From the NCBI RefSeq assembly GCF_006345805.1, contig NC_043003.1, positions 65,658,001-65,722,000 of the forward strand: a stretch of DNA of 64,000 bases, read 5' to 3'. Positions 25,536-39,599 of this stretch are shown here, piece by piece; the stretch's first letter is position 1; each line of letters begins with the position of its first letter. A program made the position numbers and the translations under genes. Origin of the DNA: Octopus sinensis (lineage: Eukaryota). The notes under the pieces were generated by a model. That model was not told where the DNA came from. It was given only the letters and a program-made list of their open reading frames with translations, and did not search any database.

Positions 25536-26587
25536 CTACACGTTAATATCATTGGTTTCAAATTTTCGCCCACGGCTAAGAATTTCGAGAAAGGTGTAGT
25601 CGATTTTATGGACCGCAGTTTTGAACTGGTATTCATTTGATCGACTACGAATGTATAAAAGGAAAAGTCGGCGGAATTTGAACTCGTAAGGACGTACAAA
25701 TGCCGCTAAGTACAATGTCCAGCGTGCCATCTATTCTGCCTGCTGGCCGCTTTCTGCGTAGTAGCAGGTGATGATAACCGAGAGTTCTGCTTCTACTACT
25801 ACTACTACTACTACTTGGATCTAAAGATAGTGTAAAGCATAAAACTACTTGTATTATTATAATGTCTAAAATTGTAAAAAGTAGTGTAAATCGTTGCGTA
25901 AAAATCAGTCTATGTTCGAATTTCATTGCCTAACATACACACAACACACCACACACACACACACATACATATTTATATGCATGTATATATGTGTTTGTGC
26001 GCGGGCGTGGGTGTCTACAATTGCATATGCAACATGCAAAAGAAATAATCTATCACTCGGAGATAGTTGTAGAAGACAGAATCAAAGTAAACTGCGAGAT
26101 GCAGTGAGACATATTTCAAATTCGATAAGACGCTTTTCGTGTTGAGAACGTCTAAAATTTCTTCAAGTATTTGAACTTAGCGGAACTGGTAAGAATATGA
26201 TAAGAAACATCTCGACCGAATTTCGTTTGGAAATTCTTATCTATTCATAAGCTTTCACTGTGGATTTAAAACGGTGGAGCACGTATTAATGCCGTCGGGA
26301 AAGAATTAAGAGACAGTGCTGGAATATTTAAAACGATATTTGTAAATAATAAATAGATTCATGGACTTTATGGTATAGAATCTGAGTCAACATTATTTCT
26401 ATTTGTTAAGCATTGGCGAAATGTATATACAAGTTATAAGATATGCAATAACTTATGCTCCTTTCCTGTAATATTTATAGACACATGAATATTTACACAC
26501 ACACACACATATATATATTTACACACACACAGACATATATATATTACACACACACACGCATATATATAATGTAAGTATGTATGTATG

Positions 26588-26628
<41 letters not shown>

Positions 26629-26685
26629 ATTATATATATATGTATATATATATATATAATATAATATATATATATATATAATTAT

Positions 26686-26728
<43 letters not shown>

Positions 26729-27594
26729 TATATAATATGTAATATATAGGGGAGAAAAACAGAAGGATAGGTACACACAACATGAATATATGGGAGCACA
26801 TAAAGCAGTACAAATATACAACATATAATTATATAGTTATATATATATATATTTGAATGTGTGCGTGTTTATGGAAGCATGTGTGTCTGCGTGCGTCGGC
26901 ATCTGTATGTGTTTGTGCTTGTGTGTGAGAGAGAGAGACAGTGTATGTGCGTTTGTGTGTGTGTTGCGTACCATCGTATCTATTCAAAATTTCAATAAAA
27001 TTGTATCATGAATAAAGATGAGAAAAACGGTAGATGCAAATACATGCACGTATGCGTATGTATGTGTGTGTGTTTGTGTTTATATATATATATATATATG
27101 CATATGTATACATTTACATAGAAATATATATATATATATATATACGTATATATATATATTAAAATCTATACACGTTGCCGTTTCATTATGAGAATAACGC
27201 AGCTTGAAAAACAAAATGGAGAAGCGCATATAATACAAAGAAACGAGAAGAATGTAATAAATATACTGAGATTGTGAAGACATGAATTGAAGAATAAGAT
27301 AAAAAAGAAAGAAAAAAAGTGCTTATAACGAAATGGAATCGGCTAATCAGAAATTTAGCAAGCGGCACAGAGAATCCACAGATTCACGTTAAGCGGTTCA
27401 GGAGATATGCACTGACAAAATGAAGACTGTAAGCATTATTATATGATGTATGTTGAAAAGAAAAGCAATGTGCCGGAGTAACGTGTAAGAAAAGTAAACA
27501 AAAAAAATTTATATGATAAATGAATATATGGATGTGTATATATATATATGTACAAATATATAATATAATATATATATATATAGATGCAGATTAT

Positions 27595-27639
<45 letters not shown>

Positions 27640-27647
27640 TGAATATA

Positions 27648-27696
<49 letters not shown>

Positions 27697-27747
27697 TATA
27701 TATACATATATAGATATATATACATATACATATATATATATACATAT

Positions 27748-27791
<44 letters not shown>

Positions 27792-27942
27792 TCTTAGATA
27801 TAATATATTATATATATATATATAAAATGGATGAATATATATATATTGATAATATACAGACATTTTCCTTTGCTAATAGGCATTTCTGGAATAAAAAGTC
27901 TGGTATTAGATATATTAAATACACTCAAATATATAAGGTTAT

Positions 27943-27975
<33 letters not shown>

Positions 27976-28414
27976 ATGCCCGAACACGCATACAAACATG
28001 TATTTTTGTAGGTACATATATAAATATACATATAGGAGTATATAAGTATCTACAGATACATACACGCACACACACACACATATTCGCATGTATGTATGCT
28101 TGCATGTGTATATGTATGTATGAATGTATGTATATATAAAGCACCGGTTGATTACACCCATTGACTGTGTACATATGACAGTTGTTCATATTCATTCGTG
28201 TCTCTACCTATATGAGCACGTAAATGTCGGTGTGCTGTGTTTGTGTAAGTACGTGTGCGTGGGGAGGATCTGTTTGTGTGTGTTTGCGTGTCTGTGTCTG
28301 TGCGTGCGTGCGTGGATATGTGTACGCGTATATATGTTGATGAACAAGACAAAAAATTACTCATTGCAGCTTTCAAAGGTAATATTTACTTTGCAACTGA
28401 ACATTGCTCTACCA

Positions 28415-28565
28415 AGTATATCTATCTATCTATCTATCTATCTATCGATCTATCTTCTATCTATCTATCTATCTATCTATATCTATCTATCTCTATCTTC
28501 TATCATCTCAATCTATATCTATCTCGTCTATCTATCTCATCGATCGATCTTTCATATTCTATCTT

Positions 28566-28631
<66 letters not shown>

Positions 28632-28700
28632 CATCTATCTGTCTGCCTGTCTGTCTGTCTATCTATCTGTCTGTCTACCTGTCTGTCTGTGTGTCTACAT
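28415..28700. repeat. (TATC)n grading into (TGTC)n
   Basis: Direct reading. Confidence 0.9.
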
Positions 28701-29146
28701 GTGTCTACCTGCCTAACTGCCTTCGTCTCTGTCTATTTGCCTGTCTGCCTGACTGTCTCACTCTCTATATGTCTGTATGATTGACTGCCTATCGCTAACT
28801 ATTTATCTATCAGTCTGTCTCTGTCTCTCTCTCTCTTTTTTCTCTTTCTCTCGCGTGCGGGCGAGGCTATAGTAGAAGCACTTGCTGAAGGTGGCGTGCA
28901 GTGGAAATGAACCTAGAATCCTGCGGTAGGGAAGCAATCCTCTTACCACATAATAATGCCTAAATACGTATATACTTTCATACATACACACATGAATACA
29001 TGCATGCATATATGCATATCTGCAGACATAAATACGTACATATAGATACTACGTACATATATATACATACATAAATACATACATATATATATATACATAC
29101 ATAATACGTATATATATATATACACACATACATACGTACATACTAC

Positions 29147-29227
<81 letters not shown>

Positions 29228-29230
<3 letters not shown>

Positions 29231-29302
29231 CAGGAGCTTTATGAAAATAAACAAAGACGAAGGCAGGTGGAAAACAAACGAACAATTGTATTATTATGGC
29301 GA
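29228..29302 (-). mobile_element. Short PLE pLTR terminal fragment inside (TA)n
   Basis: GCTTTATGAAAATAAACAAAGACGAAGGCAGGTGG matches 41290-41385 and the reverse complement of 31980-32050. Confidence 0.7.
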
Positions 29303-29433
29303 TATATATATATATATATAGATATATATATAATATATATATAGATACTACATATATATTATATATAATATATATAATATATATATATATATATTATATA
29401 TATATTATATATATATATATATAATATATATAG

Positions 29434-29464
<31 letters not shown>

Positions 29465-30280
29465 TAGATATGTAGAAGGTTGAAAAGGAACTCACGAGTT
29501 TATATATATATACACACAAACACACACACACATACACACACACCACACACACACATATATGCATATATACATATATACTAAATTCATGTATAATATATAT
29601 ATATATATATATAAATCTACGGAGATGCATAAATGTATGTATCTATGTTTACGTAAGTACATATAGGTTCATGTATATCTGTATATATGGATATATGTAT
29701 ATATGTATATAATGTATATATGTATATGCGCCTGTGTATATGTGTATCCGTTATATACATTTACAAATATGTACGCCTTGATGTTTTCCGCGAAACAACT
29801 TTGCCATTTGTAAATGAATATTTACCATGATTTGCATGAAGACCTAGATGCATCCAGGAATTATAGATGAAGATAAAAATTCGTGGGTTCGCAGGAAGAA
29901 ACAGAATGGAGTCAAAAAAAGAAATATGGAGACATTGAAATTAGTCGGAGCTAATGCCGAGTAAACGTGATTGTCTCGTTTACAGAATTGTTGTCAATTT
30001 CTTACTTTTACTTCGCTCTGCTTTTTCGTTCACTGCCACATCAATATTGCCTTTTCTCACGTTATATTATATATAAACATATCTATTGACACACATCTTT
30101 TCAACTTGCATATATTTATATATATGTATATCTTTCCATCTATGTACATATATATATATATATGTATATCTTTCCATCTATGTCATATATATATAATATA
30201 TATATATATATATCTATATATATATATACTAATATATGTATACAGAGAGAGAGAGAGAGAGAGAGAAGAGGAGAGAGAGT

Positions 30281-30581
30281 GTTTTTTCCTTCTCGAACCA
30301 TGCCTGCCTCATAAGGGCCGTTTTCCCGGTTTCCTGTCGTTTAGTTTCCCCACCTAGACGAGACGACGGTCCGTCGCAGGTGAGCAGCAAGATGCAGGAG
30401 GAAAGTGTGAGAGAAAGTTATGGCGAAAGAGTCAGCAGAAGTTCGTCATTACCTTCTGTCGGAACCACGTGGGGCTTAGGTGTTTCGCTCATAATCACAC
30501 ACATTACCCGGTCTGAGATTCGAACCCGCGATTCCTCGACCGCAAGTCCGCTGCTCTAACCACTAGGCCATGTGCCTCCAC
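30281..30581 (-). mobile_element. tRNA-derived SINE, family D
   Basis: Minus strand: A-box TGGCCTAGTGG and B-box GGTTCGAATCTC, followed by a non-tRNA body ending in (TC)n. Confidence 0.8.
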
Positions 30582-31513
30582 AGATAGAGAGAAGATATAT
30601 ACATATGCTCACTCATACATGTCTGTATTATTTATATTCTTCATGTATAAATCATAACTTCAGAATTATATTAATGGAAGATAGAAAACCTTAATTATTC
30701 TATTGCTTTAGATTATATTTCTGAAACATCCTAGTGGTATTTATAAATTCTATACATTAAACGGTATTTAGAAAATGAATCAATCCGGGTGTGTATTATT
30801 TATAACTGAGTACGTTATTTGAAGCCGTGCATTCACTTTTTGGCGGTATAATTTTCATGAATGAGGAATTTTAATAACGGCAATGTTCAAATGTAGATCA
30901 CCTCTAATTCTTGAGCGAAAATATTTGTCACGTTGTATTGTTGGAGGATTTGGAAAAAGAAAAAAACATGATCTTTTATTAATTTAAATGTAAAAGTGTT
31001 TAAATGCAAGAAGAGTGAAATAACTTTTTATTTTTACTTGGCATTTGAAGTAGCAAAGTGTCTATTAATTTGATCTTTTAGTGAAGAATTATAACTTGTT
31101 TAGATTTCAGAAAGCTCCTACGCAAAATTAATTTTCATTAGTTTAAGACAATTACTTCTTATGTCTTTGCAGCATACATCATGCCAGCTAAACATGATTA
31201 TTCTTGGAAGACATTGAAGCCTAGAATATTGGTTTCAAATTTGGTACAATGACAGCAGTTTTGTGTGAGTGATCAATCGGTACTTATTTTCTGGACCCTA
31301 GGGGAGCAAAGACAAAGTTAACCCCGGCAGAATTTGATCTCGGAACAGTAAAGACAGACGAAATGCCGCTATGCCTTCCGCCCGGCGTGCTAACGTTTCT
31401 GGCAGCTCAGATACTTTATGCAGCCTAGAATATTACCTGCTAAAATATTGAAATCACGCGTTCTCTAAGCAAGAGACGCTTTACTTACACTTTCTATTCC
31501 TATTCTTCTAAAC

Positions 31514-31652
31514 CAGTGGTTCCAAACCTTTTCACAGTGCTTCCCAACAGTGGTGCACAACCCTTTTATTTCAATGAGTTTTCCTACTGACCCTTTCTAA
31601 TATGCTTATCCTTATGTATATATGTATGCATGTATGTATGTATATATTTATG

Positions 31653-31696
<44 letters not shown>

Positions 31697-32049
31697 TATA
31701 TATATAATATTATATATATATATATTTATTATATATATTATACGCACCCTTATGTTCGGGCGAAGTCATTTGACCCTGTTATCTCCCCTACTTTCGCTCT
31801 TGCGTCTCACGTCTGATCTCTGACTTCTGGCCGGAATCACATCGCCATGTTGAATCGCTAGCTTCTGCACGCATTTTTTCTCTCCTTGTTTCTCTCCGTG
31901 TTTCTTTTCCGTGTATCTTTCTGTTGAAGAGCGTAGGCTCGAAACGTAAAAGACTTGTTTTATTTATATTACTGAGCGCCATACTAATACAATTATTTGT
32001 TTGTACTCCACCTGCCTTCGTCTTTTGTTTATTTTCATAAAGCTTCCCG

Positions 32050-32092
<43 letters not shown>

Positions 32093-32171
32093 CACGCACA
32101 AATACATACATACATATATATATATATGTATAAAACACATATATATGTATACATATATACATATACACACC

Positions 32172-32205
<34 letters not shown>

Positions 32206-32319
32206 CTATATATATATACATATATATATAATATATAATAATAATATACATATCATATATATATAATATATATATACATACATATATATATATACATATA
32301 TATATACATATATACTTAC

Positions 32320-32350
<31 letters not shown>

Positions 32351-32559
32351 TATATATATATATATACAGACACACCACACGCATACATACACACATACAC
32401 AAGCACACCCACACACCCACACACACACCCCACACACACACACTCACATACACAGACACACACATATATATATATGAAATTTTGAATTCAGTTCACCGAC
32501 CCCCAATACTACCTTTGCGCAACACCATGGGTCAGCGAATCCCAGGTTGGGAACCAGGT
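31514..32559. mobile_element. hAT (Charlie-like) non-autonomous element hosting a PLE remnant
   Basis: TIRs CAGTGGTTCCAAACC / GGTTGGGAACCAGGT; 8-bp TSD TTCTAAAC / CTCTAAAC. Confidence 0.7.
31740..32050 (+). mobile_element. Penelope-like pLTR remnant with an HHR motif at 31917-31952
   Basis: Reverse-complement match to 41283-41600; CUUU-CUGUUGA-A-GAGC(GUAG)GCUC-GAAACGUA-AAAG. Confidence 0.8.
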
Positions 32560-33179
32560 CTCTAAACACCAGGAAAATACAAGATAAGACACATTGTATC
32601 ATACTTCTGAAGAGGGAAATTACTAAACTTAGAAGTTATATCTTTCATGTACATCCAGAGGTTGAGTTTCATTCAATATAATCTACAATCTATGGTTGGC
32701 AGGGAGTTTGAACAAAGATGAATAGTAACTCCATTTGATTGAAACTACCCGACTACAATCATTGAACAAGGATGTGTGAATGTATGTTCTTAAGCATGCG
32801 CGCGTGTGTGTGGATCTGCCGAGATTTTTAAACTTGTGGATATGATAGTAATATCTTTGTTGGGAATGGTCTGATCTCATGTCGTTACATGTCTTTGAAG
32901 CACGGTTTGTTTGCTCAATGCGTTAGTAAACAGTGTTCTTAGTTAAACAGTCGAGAGAATCGTTAAACAACGTTATGACATGCAACAGCTGAATCAGTGC
33001 GCCGTTCAAAATGAATTACTGTTCTTTCACGATAAAAAGAGGTTCAAACGTAATAAAGTATAAATGAACGCAATAAAACATAAAATTTATGTCATTAGAC
33101 TCGCTCGTGAGAAATTATTCCTCGGTGATTCTAGTCGACCAGGCAAAACATCTTTGATCGATTAAGTTTTGGCACAATT

Positions 33180-33345
33180 TTCATGCACGCATGTATATTG
33201 CTATTGTGAAAACCTCAATAAAGATGATACAGTTCGAGACTAGGAGATGAGTGGTAAAGAAAAATATTGAACTTACTGAATTCGCTGGATGTTCAGCTTG
33301 GTGCCATGGGTTCATAATGAGACACGACCTAAGCGTGTAAGTAAA
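33180..33345 (+). mobile_element. pogo/Tigger-like transposase HTH remnant
   Basis: SIKMIQFETRR*..EFAGCSAWCHGFIMRHDLSV resembles the CENP-B-type F..S.GW...F..RH.LS motif. Confidence 0.5.
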
Positions 33346-34233
33346 GACTGAGATTGCAAAAAAAAAAAAAAAAAGATTGTGATTAAGTACAAAGTGAAAA
33401 TCGCGGAATATCTGAGATATGTGATCATTGAAGAGTAGGAAACATTTTAATAATTAAGGCTAATAATGTGGCGAACGGGCAGAATCATAAAATGCTTGAC
33501 AGCATTTCGCTCGTCTTTAAGTTCTGAGTTCAACTTCACCAAGTTGACTTTGCTTTTTATCCTTTTGAGATCGATAAAATAAGTGCCAGATCAGTTCTGA
33601 GGTCGAGGTGATCGTCTTAGCCACCCTCCCGAAATTGCTGGCCTTGTGCAAAATTTGAAACCAATAATTAAATGTAATAAGCAACATGACTGAATTATCG
33701 GTAACATGCGATGTGCTGCGGGACTAAAACCTTCGGAAATACACCGCTAAATTGTAACTATAAAAATCTTGAATGCAACAGAATTCATTGAGGTGTAAAT
33801 CTAGTCATTATATTGTATTTGTCTGATGTTTTCATTGTAGAAAACTCCTCCTACTACTATATCATATGAAATTGTGTCGTTCAGTGTAATCGGGGAAAAT
33901 GAATAAATGCAAAATGGTAATCTGCTGGTGGAATATCAAAAGTACTGTTACGAATCCTGTGCGTGTCAACACTTAAAGAAATCAATATTACTACTGTGGG
34001 AGATCAATTCCAATTTTATAAATCAGAATTATTGAATAAAAAAAACAACAAAAAACAATTAACAGTTGAGCAAGTATTCATTCCCGCATCTTCACAGTGA
34101 ACAGTGGAGGTTTTCGACCAGTGGAAGTTTTCGTCGACACGACTTAAAAATTTAGTAACCCCCAAAAGACCTAGCACTGCACATGCATCCCATGGGGTGA
34201 AGTTATTATCAGACGGTATAAGGGTACTAGAGT

Positions 34234-34470
34234 AAGGCGGCGAGCTGGCAGAAACGTTAGCACGCCGGGCGAAATGCTTAGCGGTATTTCGTCTGCGTTA
34301 CGTTGTGAGTTCAAATTCCGCCGAGGTCGACTTTGCCTTTCATCCTTTCGGGGTCGATAAATTAAGTACCAGTTACGCACTGGGGTCGATTTAATCGACT
34401 TAATCCGTTTGTCTGTCCTTGTTAGTCCCCTCTGTGTTTAGCCCCTTGTGGGTAATAAAGAAATAGGTAT
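34234..34470 (+). mobile_element. SINE family B, well preserved
   Basis: GGCGGCGAGCTGGCAGAAACGTTAGC head, B-box GAGTTCAAATTCC, AAAGAAATAGG end. Confidence 0.9.
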
Positions 34471-35223
34471 AAGAGTACTAGTACTAGCCAAAGCATTTAA
34501 AATGTTTAACCCATTAAGGGCTGAGATTTGCACTTACATATGTTGGACTTTTGAGCACATTTTATGAAAATGAGACTACCAATCCACAAATAAATTTTTT
34601 TTAAAAATAGTTAAAATATCTTCTTAGTATATAACGGTGGCAAGTTTTACATAATCTGAAAAGTCATTAGTCATCTTGCATTCTAGGGGATATCGGAATG
34701 TTTGAGTGACATTAGACCCCAACAAATGCACATAAATTAAATGCATCTATCAGGGCCATGATCGTGGCCTGTCGACCTGTGCCAGACGGTCACGATCCTG
34801 GCCCGTCGAGCTTGATGTGTTAATCAGGAATATGTTTGGTAATACCAAACCCTCACTTCTCTATATAAATAGTGATAATTCAGAAATAAGCAGCGGAATA
34901 AAAGGAGGTTAATGGCCGAGTAGGTGAGAGAGAAAATTAATAATTCTTTCTACTATAGGCACAAGGACAGAAGTCTTGTTGGTGGGAGGATTAAGCCAAT
35001 TACATGGTTTTTATTATTTGACAGAAGCTTATTTCATCAATCCTGAAATGGTGAAAGGCATAGTCGACCTCAGCCAAATTTGAACTCAAAACGTAATGAG
35101 CCAGAAGATAGGCTACTAACCATTTTTTCCGATGTGCTAACGATTCTGTTCGCTCACTTAAAGAGTTTTGACCAATTGTGACATTCTGGAGGAACATCTC
35201 TCACATTAAAAACTGGAAAGTCG

Positions 35224-35353
35224 TCTTCTTCTTCTTCTTCTTCTTCTTCTTCTTCTTCTTCTTCTTCTTCTTCTTCTTCTTCTCTCCCCCGCCTCCTCCT
35301 TCTTCTCCTTCTTCTTCTTCTTATTCTTCTTCTTTTTCTTCTTCTTCTTCTTA

Positions 35354-35395
<42 letters not shown>
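35224..35395. repeat. (CTT)n plus (CT)n tract
   Basis: Direct reading. Confidence 0.9.
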
Positions 35396-35397
<2 letters not shown>

Positions 35398-36319
35398 ACT
35401 CTATCTTACTTTCTTTCTCGCGTGCACCCATTTTCGTCTTCTTTATATAACTGGCTCATAGGAACACCATTTATCGTCTCATAATTTCAACTGACTAAGA
35501 AGATAGCCTAGACTTGACAATATCTTTGTAATGTCTGGATGGACCGTTGAGAACAAGCATGCCCGAATGTCATATTCTAAACTGTTTTGTACTTAATTAG
35601 ATATTTTCCCGTGCAAATTTGTTCATAAAAGCTGAGAAGAGAAAAAAATATCCAGCAAACCGACTCTGTTTCTATGCATAAACATTCAGAGAATATAACA
35701 GATACATCACGTCTATTTATTCGAAAAACACACATTCAATAAAACACATACTTACATGACGACAGCAAATGTAAACATGGATATAGATACATTTTCCGAA
35801 ATATAATTAATTATAGGATGCGACTTATTACATATCGTATATTACGAGCCTCGAAACACAGTAAATAAATTAGTAACTAGCAAAGATAATTGATGCAAGC
35901 CAGTCTAGATATGTTATTGAAACAAATATACGTAGGCGCTACAAAACAACTCTTGGTAATATATTTATCCGTTGATAGAAAAGATTAGGATGTGACCTCG
36001 GAAGAGAGCACTAAAATATTGAAAATATAGAACGGCTCAATCATTTATCTTACCAGCAAAACAGACACCAGCAAACGATTTGTTTATATTTGCATGAGGT
36101 TTTAGAATATAAGCTAAAGTGAAGGTTACTTTAATACAATTAAATTTATCAGCATATGCTGCTCAATGAAATAACAGTTCGAACGTACGTATACATACAT
36201 TTACATATACATAAATATACATGTGTATATATACTCACATACACATATTATATTATATCAATACTTGTGACTTTGTAGCTGTTCTCTCCAATTCTAAATA
36301 GTTTTTCACGTAATAGATT

Positions 36320-36536
36320 CTTTTATTCTTTTTCGTTCTTTTATAGGTTTCAGTCAATTGACGACGGCCATGCTGGAGCACCGCCTTTAGTCGAGCATAT
36401 CGACCCCAGGACCTATTTTTTGTAAGCTTAGTACTTATTCTATCGGTCTCTTTTCCCGAACCACTAAGTTACAGTGACGTAAACACACCATCATCAGTTG
36501 TCAAGCGATGTTAGGGGGACAAACACAGACTCACAA

Positions 36537-36587
<51 letters not shown>

Positions 36588-36753
36588 GTATATGACGGGC
36601 TTCTTTAAGTGTCCGTCTACCAAATCCACTCACAAGGCTTTGGTCAGCCCGAGGCTATAGTAGGAGACACTTGCCCAAGGTGCCACGCAGAGTGGGACTG
36701 AACCCGGAACCATGTGGTTGGTAAGCAAGCTACTTACCACACAGCCACTCCTG
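36320..36753 (-). mobile_element. SINE family A, full length
   Basis: Reverse complement of 20727-21145. Confidence 0.9.
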
Positions 36754-37554
36754 TTTTAAAGCAAAACGCAACCAAATTTTCCTACTTTGCCATTCCAAAT
36801 TTTGCCACAATTACGAGAAATCCTACATCCTTAAGACAGACACTAAACATATCGACCTTTTAGACCATACAGCTGTTCCAATGCTTTCTCATAACTCATA
36901 AATTCAAGACGCTTAACTACAAACATTTTTTAATAATGCATTATACTAGCAAAACTTACTTTAATGAAACGTGTGAGATGAGATCGTTTGAAAGAACGAT
37001 ATTACACTCATATTCACACATTTAAAAATCCCAACACATACACGCGCACACACATACGCACGCATACATGCAACAGCATACATACACGATTTTTTTTTCG
37101 ATTATGGCAGGTAGTTCATTATACTTTCAATCATAAATTTGTTGAATGTACTATGAAACGCTTCGGTGAGTAAAGATTGTGAGGTTGATATATATGTGAA
37201 TATGCTACAATTTATTAATTGAAACCGATTGACTTTCCTTCTGTTCACAGGTTTTTAAAGAGAAACACGCTCACACATATGCAGAGAGAGAGAGGGGGGA
37301 AGGTGGGAGGGAGAGAGGGGGGGAAAGAAAGAAGCAGACATCATTAAAATGCATTAAATGACCCCCAACTGCTACGAACACATCCCCTTTTCACACACGC
37401 ATAAAGAAAACAAACATTCAAATAGAGAAAGCGAAAATCATGTTTGTAGTCATCATGAACATTTAAAGCATCTTGATGTTTCTCACTTTCTCCCTATTTC
37501 TATATCTTTCTCTCTCTCCCTTCCTCTCTTTTCTTACTCTGTTTTTGTACTCAC

Positions 37555-37594
37555 TGCGCCAAAATTCTTCACTGTCAGTTCTACTTCGTCAAAG
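37555..37594 (-). other. Candidate 40-nt coding exon (xFDEVELTVKNFGA)
   Basis: Long pyrimidine tract ending ttcttgtacag; GCA|GTGAGT donor; open frame; unique sequence. Confidence 0.35.
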
Positions 37595-37987
37595 CTGTAC
37601 AAGAATTCATTGTGGGAAGAAAAAAAAATGATTTCTTTCTTTTCCACGTTTCATTCAATATTTCACTTGCCATCACATACAAGATTCACACCTACACAAC
37701 TGAGTGAAATTTCTGTCCAATAATTACAAAAAGAGAGGAAAAAACCAAAAACGAAATTCCGTGTTAGTGATTACCAGCAGTAACAAACCCGCACAAGGTT
37801 GCCTTTAACAGTTTCTACTTTGATGCAGATATTCGGTAAATGTTGTAAGAAGCTTGCTTACCAACAACACAGTTCCACGTTCGGTCCCACTGTGTGGTAC
37901 TTTGTGCAAGTATCTTCTGCAATAATCTCAAGCCGACCAAACACTTGTAAGTGGACATGGTGGGCTGAAACTGAAACAAGCCGGTAG

Positions 37988-38062
<75 letters not shown>

Positions 38063-38134
38063 ATCTATCTATCTATCTATCTATCTATACTATCTAACTG
38101 TCTGTCTGTCTGTCTGTTTTTCTGTCACACACAC

Positions 38135-38202
<68 letters not shown>

Positions 38203-38207
38203 ATATA

Positions 38208-39290
38208 TCCCGCTGAGTAAAAAGTAGGCAATGTTTGATTGAAACATGAAATTCCACACAGTATATTTTAACAATACGGAAATTTTATTCATTAAACCAA
38301 GTAACATTCCTTCAACACATTTTTGTCAATGGGTTACAAGTTTGTTTATTCCGGTAACATAAACATTTGGAGTTCTGGAGCTGATGAACTCTTTGAACGT
38401 ATTTTTAAAACTCTTTCTCTAGCAGGAAAACATCAAGGTGTTTGAAAAAGTGGCAGTCAGTTGGAGAAAGGTCTGGGGAATAAGCTGGGTGGGGAAGAAT
38501 TTCGTAGTTAAGTTCCCTCATCTTCTGAAGCGTCATTAGTGAAAGGCGTGGTCGAGCATTGTCATGAAGAATGATTGATCCTCTTCTGTTGACCAGCATG
38601 GATCGGAGGAGTAGAAGCTTTTCGTTCATTTTGGCAATTTCATGGCAATATGTTTCTGCAGTAATGGTTTTCCCGGTTTTTAAGAAGTTATAGTGGATGA
38701 GTCCAGCAGTACAGTACCAAGCGGTCACCATAACCTTCTTTTTAAAGGGATCTGGTTAAGGAAATGTATTCAGTGCTTCATTTTGGTCCAACTTCTGCGG
38801 AGAACGTTTTTACTATTATTGCACAGAATCCACTCTCCATCGCAACTTACAATACGGTTGTGAAATGGATCAGTCTGGTTACAGAGAAGAAACGACGAGC
38901 AAATTTCATATCTGTGCATTTTCTGATTTTCATTCAAATTGTGTGGTATTCATTTGTCTAGCGATCGCATACAAATGGTTGCAGGCAGTTTTCTGACTAA
39001 CTTGAAATACTTTTGCTAGTTCTCGAGTGGTTTTACGTGAATCTTTCTCAATGACGGTCTTTAATTTACCGTTATCGATGACACATAGGCGTCTACTACG
39101 CTCATAATCTTCAAGGCCCAGGTCTCCACTGCGAAATCATTTAAACCATTTTCGAGCTGACCACTCACTGGTCAGTGCCTCATCAAACCTTTCTTTGATA
39201 TCGCGTGAGGTTTCAGCTTCCTGTTTTTGAAGTTGAATAGCAAAATTGTTCGAATATCGTGCTTTGATAGTTCCATTTCAGTTGATTGTA
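38208..39290 (-). mobile_element. Mariner (DD34D) transposon relic, nearly full length
   Basis: ATG near 39276 (MELSKHDIRTILLF..SARKWFK*FRSGD); ILHDNARP and HPAYSPDLSPTDCHFF; stops and frameshifts. Confidence 0.9.
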
Positions 39291-39599
39291 ACAACAATTT
39301 TTTTTTTATACCCACAAGGGGCTAAACACAGAGGGACAAACACATGTAGGACAGTACAAAACAAACAGGACAGTACAAACAAAAAACACAAATGTGGGGA
39401 AAAAACGAATGGAAAAGGATAAGAGAAAATTAATGGAGGGGTAGAATGACCCCACTCGAACCCCACACCGAGCGATGTCATTGAGTCAACGTAACCCGTA
39501 TATTTTCTGTTTCTCTTTTAGAAAAAATGTTTTTCACAATAACATTATGGAAATAAAAAAAGAGTCTTTACTATCTAAAAATCACTAGTTCATCCAGAT

